From Polyangiales bacterium (GTDB taxonomy: Bacteria > Myxococcota_A > Polyangia > Polyangiales > DASUME01): a stretch of DNA of 38,466 nucleotides. The stretch covers positions 1 through 38,466 of the forward strand of contig JBEVNG010000011.1 in assembly GCA_040508235.1 (NCBI GenBank). Direction: 5' to 3'. Under the pieces are notes generated by a model. That model was not told the origin of the DNA, did not search any database, and worked only from the letters and a program-made list of their open reading frames with translations. Both the position numbers and the translations under genes were made by a program. Position 1 is the stretch's first letter, and each line of letters opens with the position of its first letter. Positions 17,136 through 26,449 of the stretch are shown here, piece after piece.

Positions 17136-18786
17136 AATCTGGAAGCCCCAGCGCGCGCACGGCGCCGTCGTCGCTCTCCCCGAGCTCCGCTACCGCGCGA
17201 TTGCCGCTGATCACGTAGACGCGGCCTTCCGAGACCACGGGCCCCGAGATCGCGCGCCCCGGGAACGTGAACTGCGCGACGGGAATGCCGAGGTCGGCTT
17301 GCAGCGCGATCAGCGAGAACGTCGGCAGCGGCACGCCTGCGTCGTCCGCGCCGCTGATCGGCGACGTGAAGTACAGGACGTCCTTGGCGAGCGCGAGCGG
17401 CGCCACGAACACGCCCATCGGCACGTCGAACGTCCAGAGCTGAAACAGGCCGTCGTCCGTGTACGCCTTCACCGTGCCGACGAACGGGCCGGTGTCGGTG
17501 GTCGGGTCGAGGCCGTTCAAGCCGTGCACGAACAGCTTGCCGCGGCCCTGCGCGCCACCGTTCTGCAGACCGCCGAGCTGGTTGGCCTGCTGCACGACTT
17601 GCGTCTGGCGCACCACCTCGCCGGTGGCCGCGTCGAGCACCCACAGCGCGCCGCTCTTCTGCCCGGCGGAGATCACCTTGCGGCCGTACCAGAGGCGATA
17701 GATCTTCGGCGCGTCGCCGAGGTCTTGATCGAGGAAGCGACCGTCTTCGCCGGGCGTCGGGATGCCGCGCACCCAGATGTCGTTGGCGGTGACCTGACGG
17801 TGCCACTTCACGGCGCCGGTCTTGGCGTCGAGCGCGAAGAACGAGTCGCTGCTGTCGGTGGCCTTGCCGTCCGGACCGGGCGAGTAGTTCTGGCCGGTGC
17901 CGATGTAGATCGTCTCGGTCTCCGCGTCGTACGTCGGCTGCGCCCAGATGTCGGCGCCCGACGGCCCCAGCTCGAACGGCGCGATCGCGACCGGCTTCAC
18001 GTCGGCGGCCTTGATGGTCTCGAAGCGCCAGTCTTCGTGGCCGGTCTTGGCGTCGAGCGAGACCACGAAGCCGGTGTGGCTGCAGCACTGGTACGAGGGG
18101 ATGGCCTGCTTGATCAGCAGCGCGTTGTCCTCGATGGCGGCGAAGCCGATCACGACCTTGCCGTTGGCGAGCAGCAGCGAGTTGCCGACGATGCCGCCGA
18201 GCGGGTGCGCGTCGAGCTGCTCCTTCACCCACAGCTCCGCGCCGGTGTCGGCATCGAGTCCGTAGATGTTGCCGTCGAGGTCGCCGAACACGACCGCGTT
18301 CGCTTCCTTGTCGTACACCGCGCCGCCGACGATGGGCGTGCCCGCGATGTCCGGGATCACGCCGCCCACCGGCGAGGGCTTGCCGATCTCCGCCAGCAGC
18401 GGGTTGGGCGGCCGCGTGACGAACTCCCAGCGCAGCGTGCCGTCGAGGTTGAGGGCGAAGAAGCGGCCGCTGTTGGAGCCGACGTAGAGCGCGTCCTCGG
18501 TGACCACCGGCGTGCCGTGCAGCGCGCCGAGCGGCCTGCCATAGCTGGTTCCGTCGAAGGTCCACTTCACGACCAGCTTCGACACGTTGAAGCTGTGGAT
18601 CGTGCGCTCGGCCTTGTTGAAGTGACTGCCCTGCGGGTCGTGGCCGGCCATTGGCCACGTCGCGGACTTGCCCGCGTGCTTCTCGCCCAGGCGCGCGGCC
18701 TGCACGTCCAGCGGTGTGCTCGGTTCCACTTCGCAGGCGGACGACAGCGCGATGCCAGCCACGGCTAGCAAGGGAAGCTTCTTCAT
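17134..18786 (-). CDS. PQQ-like beta-propeller repeat lipoprotein (quinoprotein dehydrogenase-like)
   Basis: The track start 18795 is a GTG. ATG 18786 is preferred because GAGAGGTG lies upstream. The protein begins MKKLPLLAVAGIALSSAC. The N-terminal pattern WPMAGHDPQGSHFNK....FNVSKLVVKWTF and the repeated GTPVV..D.LYVGS..G.FFALN..G motifs are typical of PQQ-type propellers. Confidence 0.85.
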   Translation of the reverse strand: MKKLPLLAVAGIALSSACEVEPSTPLDVQAARLGEKHAGKSATWPMAGHDPQGSHFNKAERTIHSFNVSKLVVKWTFDGTSYGRPLGALHGTPVVTEDALYVGSNSGRFFALNLDGTLRWEFVTRPPNPLLAEIGKPSPVGGVIPDIAGTPIVGGAVYDKEANAVVFGDLDGNIYGLDADTGAELWVKEQLDAHPLGGIVGNSLLLANGKVVIGFAAIEDNALLIKQAIPSYQCCSHTGFVVSLDAKTGHEDWRFETIKAADVKPVAIAPFELGPSGADIWAQPTYDAETETIYIGTGQNYSPGPDGKATDSSDSFFALDAKTGAVKWHRQVTANDIWVRGIPTPGEDGRFLDQDLGDAPKIYRLWYGRKVISAGQKSGALWVLDAATGEVVRQTQVVQQANQLGGLQNGGAQGRGKLFVHGLNGLDPTTDTGPFVGTVKAYTDDGLFQLWTFDVPMGVFVAPLALAKDVLYFTSPISGADDAGVPLPTFSLIALQADLGIPVAQFTFPGRAISGPVVSEGRVYVISGNRAVAELGESDDGAVRALGLPD

Positions 18787-18910
18787 CGGATTCACCTCTC
18801 GGGTGCGCGCGTCCCTGCGCGCACGGGAGGTCTAGACGGCCGGCGAGGCGTTCCGATGGCGTATTCGTGCTACCGATGGGACTCTGCCGCGGGGTAGCTC
18901 ACCAATCAAG

Positions 18911-19267
18911 TCAGACGTCCAGGTCCGTGCTGGTCAGGATCTCGTGGATCTCGAGCACGTTCGGACCGGCGAACATCTCCTTCGGGGGACGGTTGCTGTG
19001 CGCCTCGGCGAAGGACGGGCTGCGCGTCCAGGCGGCGAAATCCTCGACCGTCCGCCACCAAGTTTTGACCTCGTAGTACCCCTGCACGCCCGGATCGGGT
19101 ACGAAGCCCCCGCTCGTATGGTCGAACTTCATGGGCCGCGGGCGGTGCACCTCGTTGCGCACGAAGCCGGGCGCTTGGTCGACCAGATGGACGCGACGCT
19201 TGAAGCGCTCCTCGAAATCGATCTCGTGTCCCTGGGCGACGGGGATGCGGTTGGTGACGACGATCAT
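18911..19267 (-). CDS. ABM-domain monooxygenase (IsdG/HmoB-like)
   Basis: Track ORF 18911..19354 was trimmed to ATG 19267. The protein begins [25 protein letters not shown], an N-terminus typical of IsdG-like ABM proteins. It is 118 aa. Confidence 0.8.
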   Translation of the reverse strand: MIVVTNRIPVAQGHEIDFEERFKRRVHLVDQAPGFVRNEVHRPRPMKFDHTSGGFVPDPGVQGYYEVKTWWRTVEDFAAWTRSPSFAEAHSNRPPKEMFAGPNVLEIHEILTSTDLDV

Positions 19268-19398
19268 GCCGGGGTTTGTACCCCATGGACGCAGAAAATC
19301 CCGGCGAAGCAACTGCGGCAACACACGTTCGCAATACGTCTGGGGCAGGCTCAAGCGCCTGGACGAAGCGGGTAACTGGAAGGCGAGAGGACAGAGCG

Positions 19399-21573
19399 AT
19401 GCCGAGCAACCAAGTACGAGTGCAAGCCATTCAAGCGATCACGAGCCGCACGCTGCCGCCGCCCAAGGCTCCAGGAAAGCTCGAGGATCTCTGGGCGACC
19501 GACGTGTTCACGCTGCAGAAGATGCAGCAGCACCTGCCCAAGGCGGTGTTCAAGTCGCTCAAGAAGACCATCGAGAGTGGCGAGCCGCTCGACCTCACCG
19601 TGGCCGACGGCGTCGCCGCCGCCATGAAGGAGTGGGCGATCAGCAAGGGCGCGCTCTACTACTCGCACGTCTTCTACCCGCTCACGAACCTCACCGCCGA
19701 GAAGCACGACGGCTTCATTTCCGTGCAGAGCGATGGCTCGGTGATCAGCGAGTTCGCCGGTAAGGTGCTGGTCCAGGGTGAGCCCGACGGCTCGTCGTTC
19801 CCGAACGGCGGCATCCGCTCCACGTTCGAGGCGCGCGGCTACACGGCGTGGGACGTCTCCAGCCCCGCGTACATCGTGCAGACCAACAACGGCTCCACGC
19901 TCTGCATCCCCACCGTGTTCGTGTCCTGGACCGGCGAGGCGCTCGACAAGAAGACGCCGCTGCTGCGCTCGATCGCCGCGATGAACAAGGCCGCCAAGCG
20001 CGTGCTGACGGTGCTCGGCCACAAGGAGATCGCCACCGTCAACAGCAGCTGTGGCGCGGAGCAGGAGTACTTCCTGGTGGACGCGGCGTTCGCGGCCGCG
20101 CGCCCGGACCTGCTGATCGCGGGCCGCACGTTGTTCGGCAAGCCGCCCGCCAAGGCGCAGCAGTTCGACGATCACTACTTCGGCGCCATCCCCGAGCGCG
20201 TCCAGATCTTCATGCAGGAGGTCGAGGAGCAGATGTACAAGCTCGGCATCCCCGCGAAGACGCGCCACAACGAGGTCGCGCCCGGGCAGTTCGAGATCGC
20301 GCCCTTCTTCGAGGCCGCGAACGTCGCCAGCGATCATCAGCAGATGACGATGACGATCCTCAAGAACACGGCCAAGCGGCACGGCCTGGTCTGCCTGCTG
20401 CACGAGAAGCCGTTCGCGGGCGTCAACGGCTCGGGCAAGCACGTGAACTGGTCGGTCGGCAACGCCACCCAGGGCAACCTGCTCGACCCCGGCGACACGC
20501 CGCACGACAACGCGCAGTTCCTGGTGTTCTGCGGCGCCGTCATCCGCATGGTGCACAAGTACGGCCCGCTGCTGCGCGCCGTGATCGCCACCGCCAGCAA
20601 CGACCACCGCCTGGGCGCCAACGAAGCGCCGCCGGCGATCATGTCGGTCTACCTCGGCACGCAGCTGGAGGACGTGTTCAAGCAGATCCAGAAGGGCTCG
20701 CTGACCGGCTCCAAGAGCAAGGGCGTGATGAACCTCGGCGTCGACACGCTGCCGGCGTTCGCCAAGGACCCGGGCGACCGCAACCGCACCTCGCCGTTCG
20801 CCTTCACCGGCAACCGCTTCGAGTTCCGCGCGGTCGGCGCCAGCCAGTCGGTCTCCGGCCCGCTGATCGCCATGAACACGATGCTGGCCGACTCGCTCGG
20901 CTGGATCGCGGACAAGCTGGAGGCCGCCACGGGCTCCGGCCAGCCGCTCAACGCCGCCATCCAGGGCGTGCTCAAGGTGGTGATGGACGAGCACGGCGCG
21001 GTCGTGTTCGGCGGTAACGGCTACTCGGCCGAGTGGCACAAGGCCGCCGTCGAGGAGCGCGGCCTGCTCAACCTGCCCACCTGCGCCGAGGCGCTGCCGG
21101 TGCTCAAGGAGAAGTACGTCGAGGAGCTGTTCTCCAAGCTCGGCGTGCTCTCGCCGGCGGAGCTGTCCAGCCGCTTCGACGTCTACTCGGAGCAGTACAT
21201 CAACGCGATCGCGGTCGAGGCGCGCCTGGCCGTCACGCTCGCCAAGACGTCGATCTACCCAGCCGCCATGGCGTACCTCTCGTCGCTGTCGGACACGTAC
21301 ACCAAGCTCGCGGCGCTGAAGATCGAGACCTCCACCGAGCCGGCGACCAAGGTCGCGGGCCTGGCCAAGTCGCTGCTCGGCGCGGTCGCCAAGCTGGAGG
21401 GCGAGCTGGCCAAGCACGACTTCGAGGGCACCGAGGGCCACCTCAAGCACAGCGCCAAGGGCATCAAGCCGGCGATGGAAGAGGTCCGCAAGTACGCCGA
21501 TGCGCTCGAGGCCGAGGTCGCCGACGAGTTCTGGCCGCTGCCGACCTACCTCGAGATGCTGTTCGTGAAGTGA
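19399..21573 (+). CDS. glnN: Glutamine synthetase type III
   Basis: Track ORF 19276..21573 was trimmed to ATG 19399, which is preceded by GAGAGGA. It is 724 aa, the GSIII size. Diagnostic segments are [53 protein letters not shown] and GSGKHVNWS. Confidence 0.93.
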   Translation: MPSNQVRVQAIQAITSRTLPPPKAPGKLEDLWATDVFTLQKMQQHLPKAVFKSLKKTIESGEPLDLTVADGVAAAMKEWAISKGALYYSHVFYPLTNLTAEKHDGFISVQSDGSVISEFAGKVLVQGEPDGSSFPNGGIRSTFEARGYTAWDVSSPAYIVQTNNGSTLCIPTVFVSWTGEALDKKTPLLRSIAAMNKAAKRVLTVLGHKEIATVNSSCGAEQEYFLVDAAFAAARPDLLIAGRTLFGKPPAKAQQFDDHYFGAIPERVQIFMQEVEEQMYKLGIPAKTRHNEVAPGQFEIAPFFEAANVASDHQQMTMTILKNTAKRHGLVCLLHEKPFAGVNGSGKHVNWSVGNATQGNLLDPGDTPHDNAQFLVFCGAVIRMVHKYGPLLRAVIATASNDHRLGANEAPPAIMSVYLGTQLEDVFKQIQKGSLTGSKSKGVMNLGVDTLPAFAKDPGDRNRTSPFAFTGNRFEFRAVGASQSVSGPLIAMNTMLADSLGWIADKLEAATGSGQPLNAAIQGVLKVVMDEHGAVVFGGNGYSAEWHKAAVEERGLLNLPTCAEALPVLKEKYVEELFSKLGVLSPAELSSRFDVYSEQYINAIAVEARLAVTLAKTSIYPAAMAYLSSLSDTYTKLAALKIETSTEPATKVAGLAKSLLGAVAKLEGELAKHDFEGTEGHLKHSAKGIKPAMEEVRKYADALEAEVADEFWPLPTYLEMLFVK

Positions 21574-22338
21574 TCAGCAGCCGAGCGGCGCGCCCAGGTC
21601 GTAGGTGCCGTCCTGGTCCGCGTCGCTCAGCGCGCGATTCTCCACGCAGTCGGCGTTCTTGCCGGGCGTGAGCGCCCCTGCCACGCCGTTGCCGATCAAG
21701 CGCGCGTTGTTGCCGGTGATGTTCACCGCGCCGTGGACCTCGCAGCCGAGCAAGCGCAGGTTGTTGGCGCTGACCGTGAGCGACCCCTCGATGACACAGA
21801 ACGCGAGCGTGACGTCGTTCTTGAGCACGCTGACGTCGCCCGTGATGCGCACGCCGCGCACCAGCGCGTTGTTGCCGTCGAGCGTCAGCGAGCCGTCGAG
21901 GATCGCGACGCTCGGATCCTCGCCGTAAAGGACCACGTTGTTGGCGTCCACCGAGACGTCTCCGCGGATGTCGACGCCCTGGTCACCGCCGTCCAGCACG
22001 ATCGCCGTGTTGTTCTCGCGCTGCGCGATGTTGCCCTCGTGCGCGGCCAGGTCTTCCACGGACCAGGTCGGCGCGGCGGGATAGCAGAGCACGTCGAGCA
22101 GCTTGCCGTTGCGGTCGAGCGCGATGTCGACGGCGCCGCTGGCGCACTCGGCCCGGGCTTCCTCGCACGAGCCGCCCTCGAACTCGATGCAGCGCGATAC
22201 CTCGGCGTCGCTCGAGGAGTCTCTCTGCTGGACGACCTGGGTACGTCCTTCCCAGGGCACGCCGCCCGCGTGGCCGTCATCGCAGCCGAGGGCGGTGGTG
22301 AGGGTGACGAGGGCGAGCAGGGACTTGGTTTGCTTCAT
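21574..22338 (-). CDS. Lipoprotein with parallel beta-helix-type repeats
   Basis: It begins MKQTKSLLALVTLTTALGC (lipobox). About 20-residue repeats of the type I.G.V.V.ANNV.L are present: DIRGDVSVDANNVVLYG, TLDGNNALVRG, ITGDVSVLKNDVTL, SLTVSANNLRLLG and VNITGNNARLIG. The stop abuts the glnN stop with 0 nt between them. Confidence 0.8.
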   Translation of the reverse strand: MKQTKSLLALVTLTTALGCDDGHAGGVPWEGRTQVVQQRDSSSDAEVSRCIEFEGGSCEEARAECASGAVDIALDRNGKLLDVLCYPAAPTWSVEDLAAHEGNIAQRENNTAIVLDGGDQGVDIRGDVSVDANNVVLYGEDPSVAILDGSLTLDGNNALVRGVRITGDVSVLKNDVTLAFCVIEGSLTVSANNLRLLGCEVHGAVNITGNNARLIGNGVAGALTPGKNADCVENRALSDADQDGTYDLGAPLGC

Positions 22339-22452
22339 GGACCTATGGTGCCCTGGGCCTCGCGAGCGGTTGAAGCCGCCTGCGCACGCCAGCTCACCAA
22401 GCGATGCACGCGCGAGCCAAGCCGCTTGCGGCCGCGCGCACGCGGCTTGCGG

Positions 22453-23310
22453 TCAGAGCGTCTGGCGCAGGCCCGAGCGCTGCGCGATCGCGTGTCGGAA
22501 CGGGTCCGCGCGCTTGAACAGCGTATCGAGCCGCTGCAGCGAGAGCTCCGCGAGCGGCCCCGGCTGCACACCGAGCGTGCACTGCAGGTAGACCGCGACC
22601 TTGAGCAGGGGCTCCAGCTCCTCGCGACAGCGGCGCTCCCAGTCTGCTTCGTCGACGTTGGCGCGCTGCACGGCCATGTCGAAGTCGATGGGCAGCACCT
22701 CCAGCGGCGCGGTGCAGACGATGAAGTTGTGCAGCTCCGCGTCGCCGTGGGTGAGGCCGGCGTCGTGCAGGCGGGTGAGCGTCTGCATGATCTGCTCGGC
22801 CAGCAGCCACAGGCCCGCGGCGCTGGCGAGCGGGAGCTTCTCCGCGTGCTTGATGTTGCTGTCCTCGGGCTCGCTGCCGAAGGGCGTGATCGAGTCGAAC
22901 GGCTTGCCCGGCAACAAGCAGCTGCGGAACACGCCCTGGTGATGGCCGATGGGCGCGGGGATGCCGAGCACCTGGCTCGCCAGCAAGTGGCGCTCGTACT
23001 CGCCCTTGGGGTCCCCGCGCAGCTGGCCCGGGTAGTACGTCTTGCGGAAGTGCAGCGGGAACTGCTCGGCGAGCGCGAACTGCTCGCGCGCCGCGCGGCT
23101 GGCGATCACCAGCTCGCCGCTCATCAGCGGCATGTCGCCGGCCATGCGCTTGGCCAGCGTGCGCACGACGAAGTCCTGCTGCGGCGCGCGCTGGATCAGC
23201 GCCCAGTAGTCGTCGTCGACGGTGACCACGTGTCGCGGCGACACGCGAACGGCATGCTCTCCCTGCACAACCCGACGACCGTAGCAGGTTCCATCTCCGG
23301 GCACATCCAA
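22453..23310 (-). CDS. Protein-kinase-fold protein, Kdo/WaaP (lipopolysaccharide kinase)-like
   Basis: The catalytic-loop-like segment is LHDAGLTHGDAELHNFIV (HxD....N), followed by PIDFD (DFG-equivalent). HFRKTYY is a candidate beta3 Lys and GEYERH a candidate alphaC Glu. The start is uncertain: TTG 23310 or GTG 23304. Confidence 0.7.
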   Translation of the reverse strand: MDVPGDGTCYGRRVVQGEHAVRVSPRHVVTVDDDYWALIQRAPQQDFVVRTLAKRMAGDMPLMSGELVIASRAAREQFALAEQFPLHFRKTYYPGQLRGDPKGEYERHLLASQVLGIPAPIGHHQGVFRSCLLPGKPFDSITPFGSEPEDSNIKHAEKLPLASAAGLWLLAEQIMQTLTRLHDAGLTHGDAELHNFIVCTAPLEVLPIDFDMAVQRANVDEADWERRCREELEPLLKVAVYLQCTLGVQPGPLAELSLQRLDTLFKRADPFRHAIAQRSGLRQTL

Positions 23311-23391
23311 CGCTCATCCCACGCGCTCAACTGTCACCTCACTCGTACAGCGCACTTTTCGTGGCACCAGCGGATGGAAGAGGATGCGCGC

Positions 23392-24663
23392 ATGACCTTA
23401 CTGCGCTGGTGGATGGTGGCTGCGTGCTTGGTGGTCGCGTGCGGCGACGACGACGGTCCGGACGATACGCCGAGGGATGGCGGAGGCATGGCGGATGCGT
23501 CCAGGCCCGATGCCTCGCTCGACGCCGCGGTACCCGATGCGGCGCGCGCCGACGGGGGGCTCGACTTCCGCTCGTTCGATCAGGCGATGGAGAGCGCGAT
23601 CAGCCGCTACAACGCGGCGCGCGACGGCGGCGCGGAGATCGTGGGCGCGAGCGCGGCCGTGATCACCGCGGACGGCGGCACCGTGCACACCAAGGGCTAC
23701 GGCACGTTCGCGGCCGATCGCGTGTACCTGATCGCGTCGGCGAGCAAGATCCTGGCGGCGGGTGTGCTGCTGCGGCTGGCCGATCAGGGCAAGCTCTCCG
23801 TCGATGCGCCGATCAGCGCGCAGCTGGACGAGTGGGGTGCGCACAAGACCGGCGTCTCGGTGGCGCAGCTGGTCTCCAACAGCTCGGGCTTGCCGTCGCT
23901 GGCGGAGATCTCGGCCGCGGGCGCCAACCCGACCGGCCCCGACTTCGCGCGGCTCACGCCTCACTTCTGCCAGTACAACACGCCCGGCTCGCTGGCCGAC
24001 TGCGGCAAGGCCATCTACCAGGACGACGCGCCGGAGGGCAATCGCGAGCCCGACAAGGTGTTCCGCTACGGCGGCAGCCAGTGGCAGCTGGCGGGTGCAC
24101 TCGCGGAGCAGGTCAGCGGCAAGAAGTGGGCGGAGCTGATTCGCGAGACGTACGTGGACCCGTGCGGCGCGGCGTCGCTGGCGTTCACCAACCCGTACGC
24201 GCCGCGCACGGACGGCACCACCACGGCCAGCTACCCCGCCTGGTTCCAGGGCAAGGCCGCCAACGCACCGGCCACCGAGAACCCGAACATCGAGGGCGGC
24301 GCCTACGCGAACGCGCCCGATTACGCCAAGCTGTTGCTGATGCACCTGCGCGGCGGAAAGTGCGGCAATACCCAGGTGCTGTCCGAGAACGCGGTGCGCA
24401 CGATGCAGACCGATCGCGTGGCCAAGTACGGCGGCAAGCTGGAGACGGTGCCCGGCATGCCCGCGCCATACACCGGCTACGGCATGGGCTGGTGGCTGCG
24501 CGACGATCAAATCGCGGACCCGGGGGCGTACGGTGCGTATCCGTTCCTGGACCTGAAGCGCGGCTACGGCGCGGTGATCTTGTTCGAGGTGACCAGCGCG
24601 GTGGGCACGCAGATCGCGCTGTCGGTCAAGCCCAGCCTCGATGCGATCTTCGACGCGCGGTAG
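23392..24663 (+). CDS. Serine hydrolase, beta-lactamase/transpeptidase-like family, lipoprotein
   Basis: Track ORF 21733..24663 was trimmed to ATG 23392, which is preceded by GGAAGAGGA. The protein begins MTLLRWWMVAACLVVAC-GDDD. The SxxK motif is in LIASASKILAAG. An Asp/Ala-rich linker follows the lipobox. Confidence 0.88.
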   Translation: MTLLRWWMVAACLVVACGDDDGPDDTPRDGGGMADASRPDASLDAAVPDAARADGGLDFRSFDQAMESAISRYNAARDGGAEIVGASAAVITADGGTVHTKGYGTFAADRVYLIASASKILAAGVLLRLADQGKLSVDAPISAQLDEWGAHKTGVSVAQLVSNSSGLPSLAEISAAGANPTGPDFARLTPHFCQYNTPGSLADCGKAIYQDDAPEGNREPDKVFRYGGSQWQLAGALAEQVSGKKWAELIRETYVDPCGAASLAFTNPYAPRTDGTTTASYPAWFQGKAANAPATENPNIEGGAYANAPDYAKLLLMHLRGGKCGNTQVLSENAVRTMQTDRVAKYGGKLETVPGMPAPYTGYGMGWWLRDDQIADPGAYGAYPFLDLKRGYGAVILFEVTSAVGTQIALSVKPSLDAIFDAR

Positions 24664-24670
24664 AGCCGCG

Positions 24671-24700
24671 TTGACAGAGCGTGGGGGAAATCGATACCAA
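24671..24700 (+). promoter_or_regulatory. Sigma70-type promoter candidate that predicts a leaderless mRNA for the 24707 gene
   Basis: TTGACA is at 24671-24676. After 17 nt comes ATACCA (or 18 nt then TACCAA), ending 6-7 nt before ATG 24707. There is no Shine-Dalgarno sequence in between. Confidence 0.45.
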
Positions 24701-24706
24701 CGCTGA

Positions 24707-25441
24707 ATGCGCGCATGCCTCGTTCTGGTCGCTCTCGCTGCTTGTACCGCCGCGAATGGGAGACCGGAACCCGAGGATGCGCGGGTTCCCATGGATGCGC
24801 GTGTGTTCGAGGATGCGCGCGTGCTGGACGCTTCACCACGGGTCGACGCCGCCGCGGACGCGAGCGCGTGCGAGCGCAGCAACGTGGTCAGCCTCGACGC
24901 GCTGTGTGCGCTCCTCGCGGCCGACGGTCGACTGACCTGTCCACGCACGCGCGCGGACTTCGTGCGTTCGATCGACTGCAGCGCGCACGGGTTCCCGCAG
25001 CTGCGCCGCCATTGCAACTCCGACGTGCTGGAGTCCGGCCGCGCGGACGGTCTCACCTACAGCTGGACGTTCGACCGCGACTCGGGTGCGCTGGTCCACG
25101 CGAGCGTGGGCGGCAGGTTCGCGTGTGGCCCCACCCTGTATCGCACCGATCGCACCTGGCCATCGTGTGATGCACAGCCAGACGTGGACTGCGGGTTGTG
25201 CGAAGGAGGCGCCGAGCGCGATGCACGCTGCCCCGCGGACGTAGTCGCGGCCCTGCCGCACGCGCACTGCGAGCCGAGCACGATCTCCGCCTGCATCTGC
25301 AGTCCCGAGGCGCCGAAGCTGCCCTCGCCGGGCGGGCCGTGCAGTCCATCGTGTGGCGAGTGTCAGGACGGCACGTGCTGGGCAGACTGCGTCTGCAGCC
25401 ACGACGGCATGCATCGCTGGCGTGTGCAGTGCACGGAGTGA
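24707..25441 (+). CDS. Cysteine-rich lipoprotein of unknown function
   Basis: It begins MRACLVLVALAAC (lipobox). A (E/M)DARVx hexapeptide repeat linker follows, then 22 further Cys residues. These include a C-terminal cluster CSPSCGECQDGTCWADCVC. Confidence 0.75.
   Translation: MRACLVLVALAACTAANGRPEPEDARVPMDARVFEDARVLDASPRVDAAADASACERSNVVSLDALCALLAADGRLTCPRTRADFVRSIDCSAHGFPQLRRHCNSDVLESGRADGLTYSWTFDRDSGALVHASVGGRFACGPTLYRTDRTWPSCDAQPDVDCGLCEGGAERDARCPADVVAALPHAHCEPSTISACICSPEAPKLPSPGGPCSPSCGECQDGTCWADCVCSHDGMHRWRVQCTE
24773..24826 (+). repeat. Three tandem 18-bp repeats inside the 24707 gene
   Basis: The units are GAGGATGCGCGGGTTCCC, ATGGATGCGCGTGTGTTC and GAGGATGCGCGCGTGCTG. They encode EDARVP, MDARVF and EDARVL. 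Two degenerate units follow (DASPRV, DAAADA). Confidence 0.7.
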
Positions 25442-25461
25442 CGCACGCCGAGAGAAGAATG

Positions 25462-25490
25462 TTGAAGCAGCATATCGGCTCGCCTATAGC
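25462..25490 (+). promoter_or_regulatory. Sigma70-type promoter candidate that predicts a leaderless mRNA for the 25497 gene
   Basis: TTGAAG is at 25462-25467, followed by a 17-nt spacer and TATAGC at 25485-25490. Six nt later is GTG 25497. There is no Shine-Dalgarno sequence. Confidence 0.5.
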
Positions 25491-25496
25491 TGCGCC

Positions 25497-26321
25497 GTGC
25501 GCAAGCAAGCCATCCTGCTGACCTTGACTTTCCTGGCCTGCGACGATGCCGATGTCGCGGGACCGTTCGTGCTTCCCGATGGAGGACTGGACGATGCGGG
25601 CGCGCTCGACGCGGGAGTGCCCGATGCCGGCGGGCTCGACGCCGCGCTGGAGCTGGATGCGGCGGTGGACGCGGCTCCCGATGCGGCCGCACCGCAGGAC
25701 GCCGCGCTGAACGAGGACGCGACGATCGACGCAAGGGGCCTGGATGCCGGCGACTGCCGCCCGACCGTTCTGCTCGCGGGCGGAAGCGACGTGGCAGCGC
25801 AGGGCTGGATGATCGCGGCGCAGGACCCGCACACGCTCATGTACGTCGACGACTACGTGCGCCTCGCAACGTCCACTGCGAGCGGCGGCCGCACCAGTGG
25901 ACAGCTCCTGCTGTATTACCCGGCCGCGGTGCAGGTACCGTTCAAGCTGGAGGTGGTGCTGCAGGTCGAGTCGGTCAGCACGCACAACTCGCTCGACAGT
26001 GCCGCCGCCATCCTGGGCTCGTTCACGCCGAGCTTCGGCTCTGGCCGCGACCGCGCGCAGATGGTGTACCTCGACAGCGCGGCGGTCGGCTGGGCGGACG
26101 ACACGCAGTCCGCGGCCTCCAGCGTGGTCGACGGCCTGAAGCACACCTACGTGCTCTCGGTGGACGAGCAGAACGTCGCGCGGCTCACCGTGGACGGCGT
26201 CGCGAAGCTGACGCGCAACGACTACCAGACCAACGGCACCGTTGCCGTGGGCGACCAGACCAATGACGGCAACGTCGATGCCGCGCTGCGCGTCTTCTCG
26301 GTCAAGAAGCTCTGCCCGTAG
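25497..26321 (+). CDS. Lipoprotein with an Asp/Ala-rich linker and a C-terminal jelly-roll-like domain
   Basis: Track ORF 25353..26321 was trimmed to GTG 25497. This is the only in-frame start that yields a signal peptide, (M)RKQAILLTLTFLAC-DDAD. The C-terminal domain of about 190 aa resembles the C-terminal domain of the ThuA protein at 27628. Confidence 0.7.
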   Translation: MRKQAILLTLTFLACDDADVAGPFVLPDGGLDDAGALDAGVPDAGGLDAALELDAAVDAAPDAAAPQDAALNEDATIDARGLDAGDCRPTVLLAGGSDVAAQGWMIAAQDPHTLMYVDDYVRLATSTASGGRTSGQLLLYYPAAVQVPFKLEVVLQVESVSTHNSLDSAAAILGSFTPSFGSGRDRAQMVYLDSAAVGWADDTQSAASSVVDGLKHTYVLSVDEQNVARLTVDGVAKLTRNDYQTNGTVAVGDQTNDGNVDAALRVFSVKKLCP

Positions 26322-26449
26322 GCCGGGAATGCACGGCGTGACCCGGGCGTTCGGGTACCTTGCCGGGGTGCGTCGCAGCGCGCGGTGTCCCGGCTCACGA
26401 GACGTGTTCTCGGCGTAACGTCACGACGCGCGGCAGGGACTCATCGCAC

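Noticed and set aside
16988-18658. 556-aa minus-strand ORF in another frame of the beta-propeller gene, and the 489-aa plus-strand ORF at 17299-18768
   Set aside because: The propeller frame (17134-18786) has a signal peptide and repeat motifs. These alternatives are Arg/Gly/Ala-rich shadows.
19330-19360. Possible sigma54 promoter upstream of glnN (CTGGGGCAGGCTCAAGCG)
   Set aside because: The -24 and -12 elements are both degenerate (TGGGGC, AAGC), and the GG-to-GC spacing fits only after shifting by one. It is not distinguishable from background.
19351-21450. 699-aa minus-strand ORF, plus the 389-aa alternate-frame ORF at 19848-21017
   Set aside because: Both overlap the type III glutamine synthetase gene, which is unambiguous. 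They are shadow ORFs.
21733-23391. 553-residue N-terminal extension of the beta-lactamase-like ORF (track ORF 21733-24663, 976 aa)
   Set aside because: The extension is antisense to the beta-helix lipoprotein and kinase-like genes. The real protein begins with a signal peptide at ATG 23392, behind a GGAAGAGGA ribosome-binding site.
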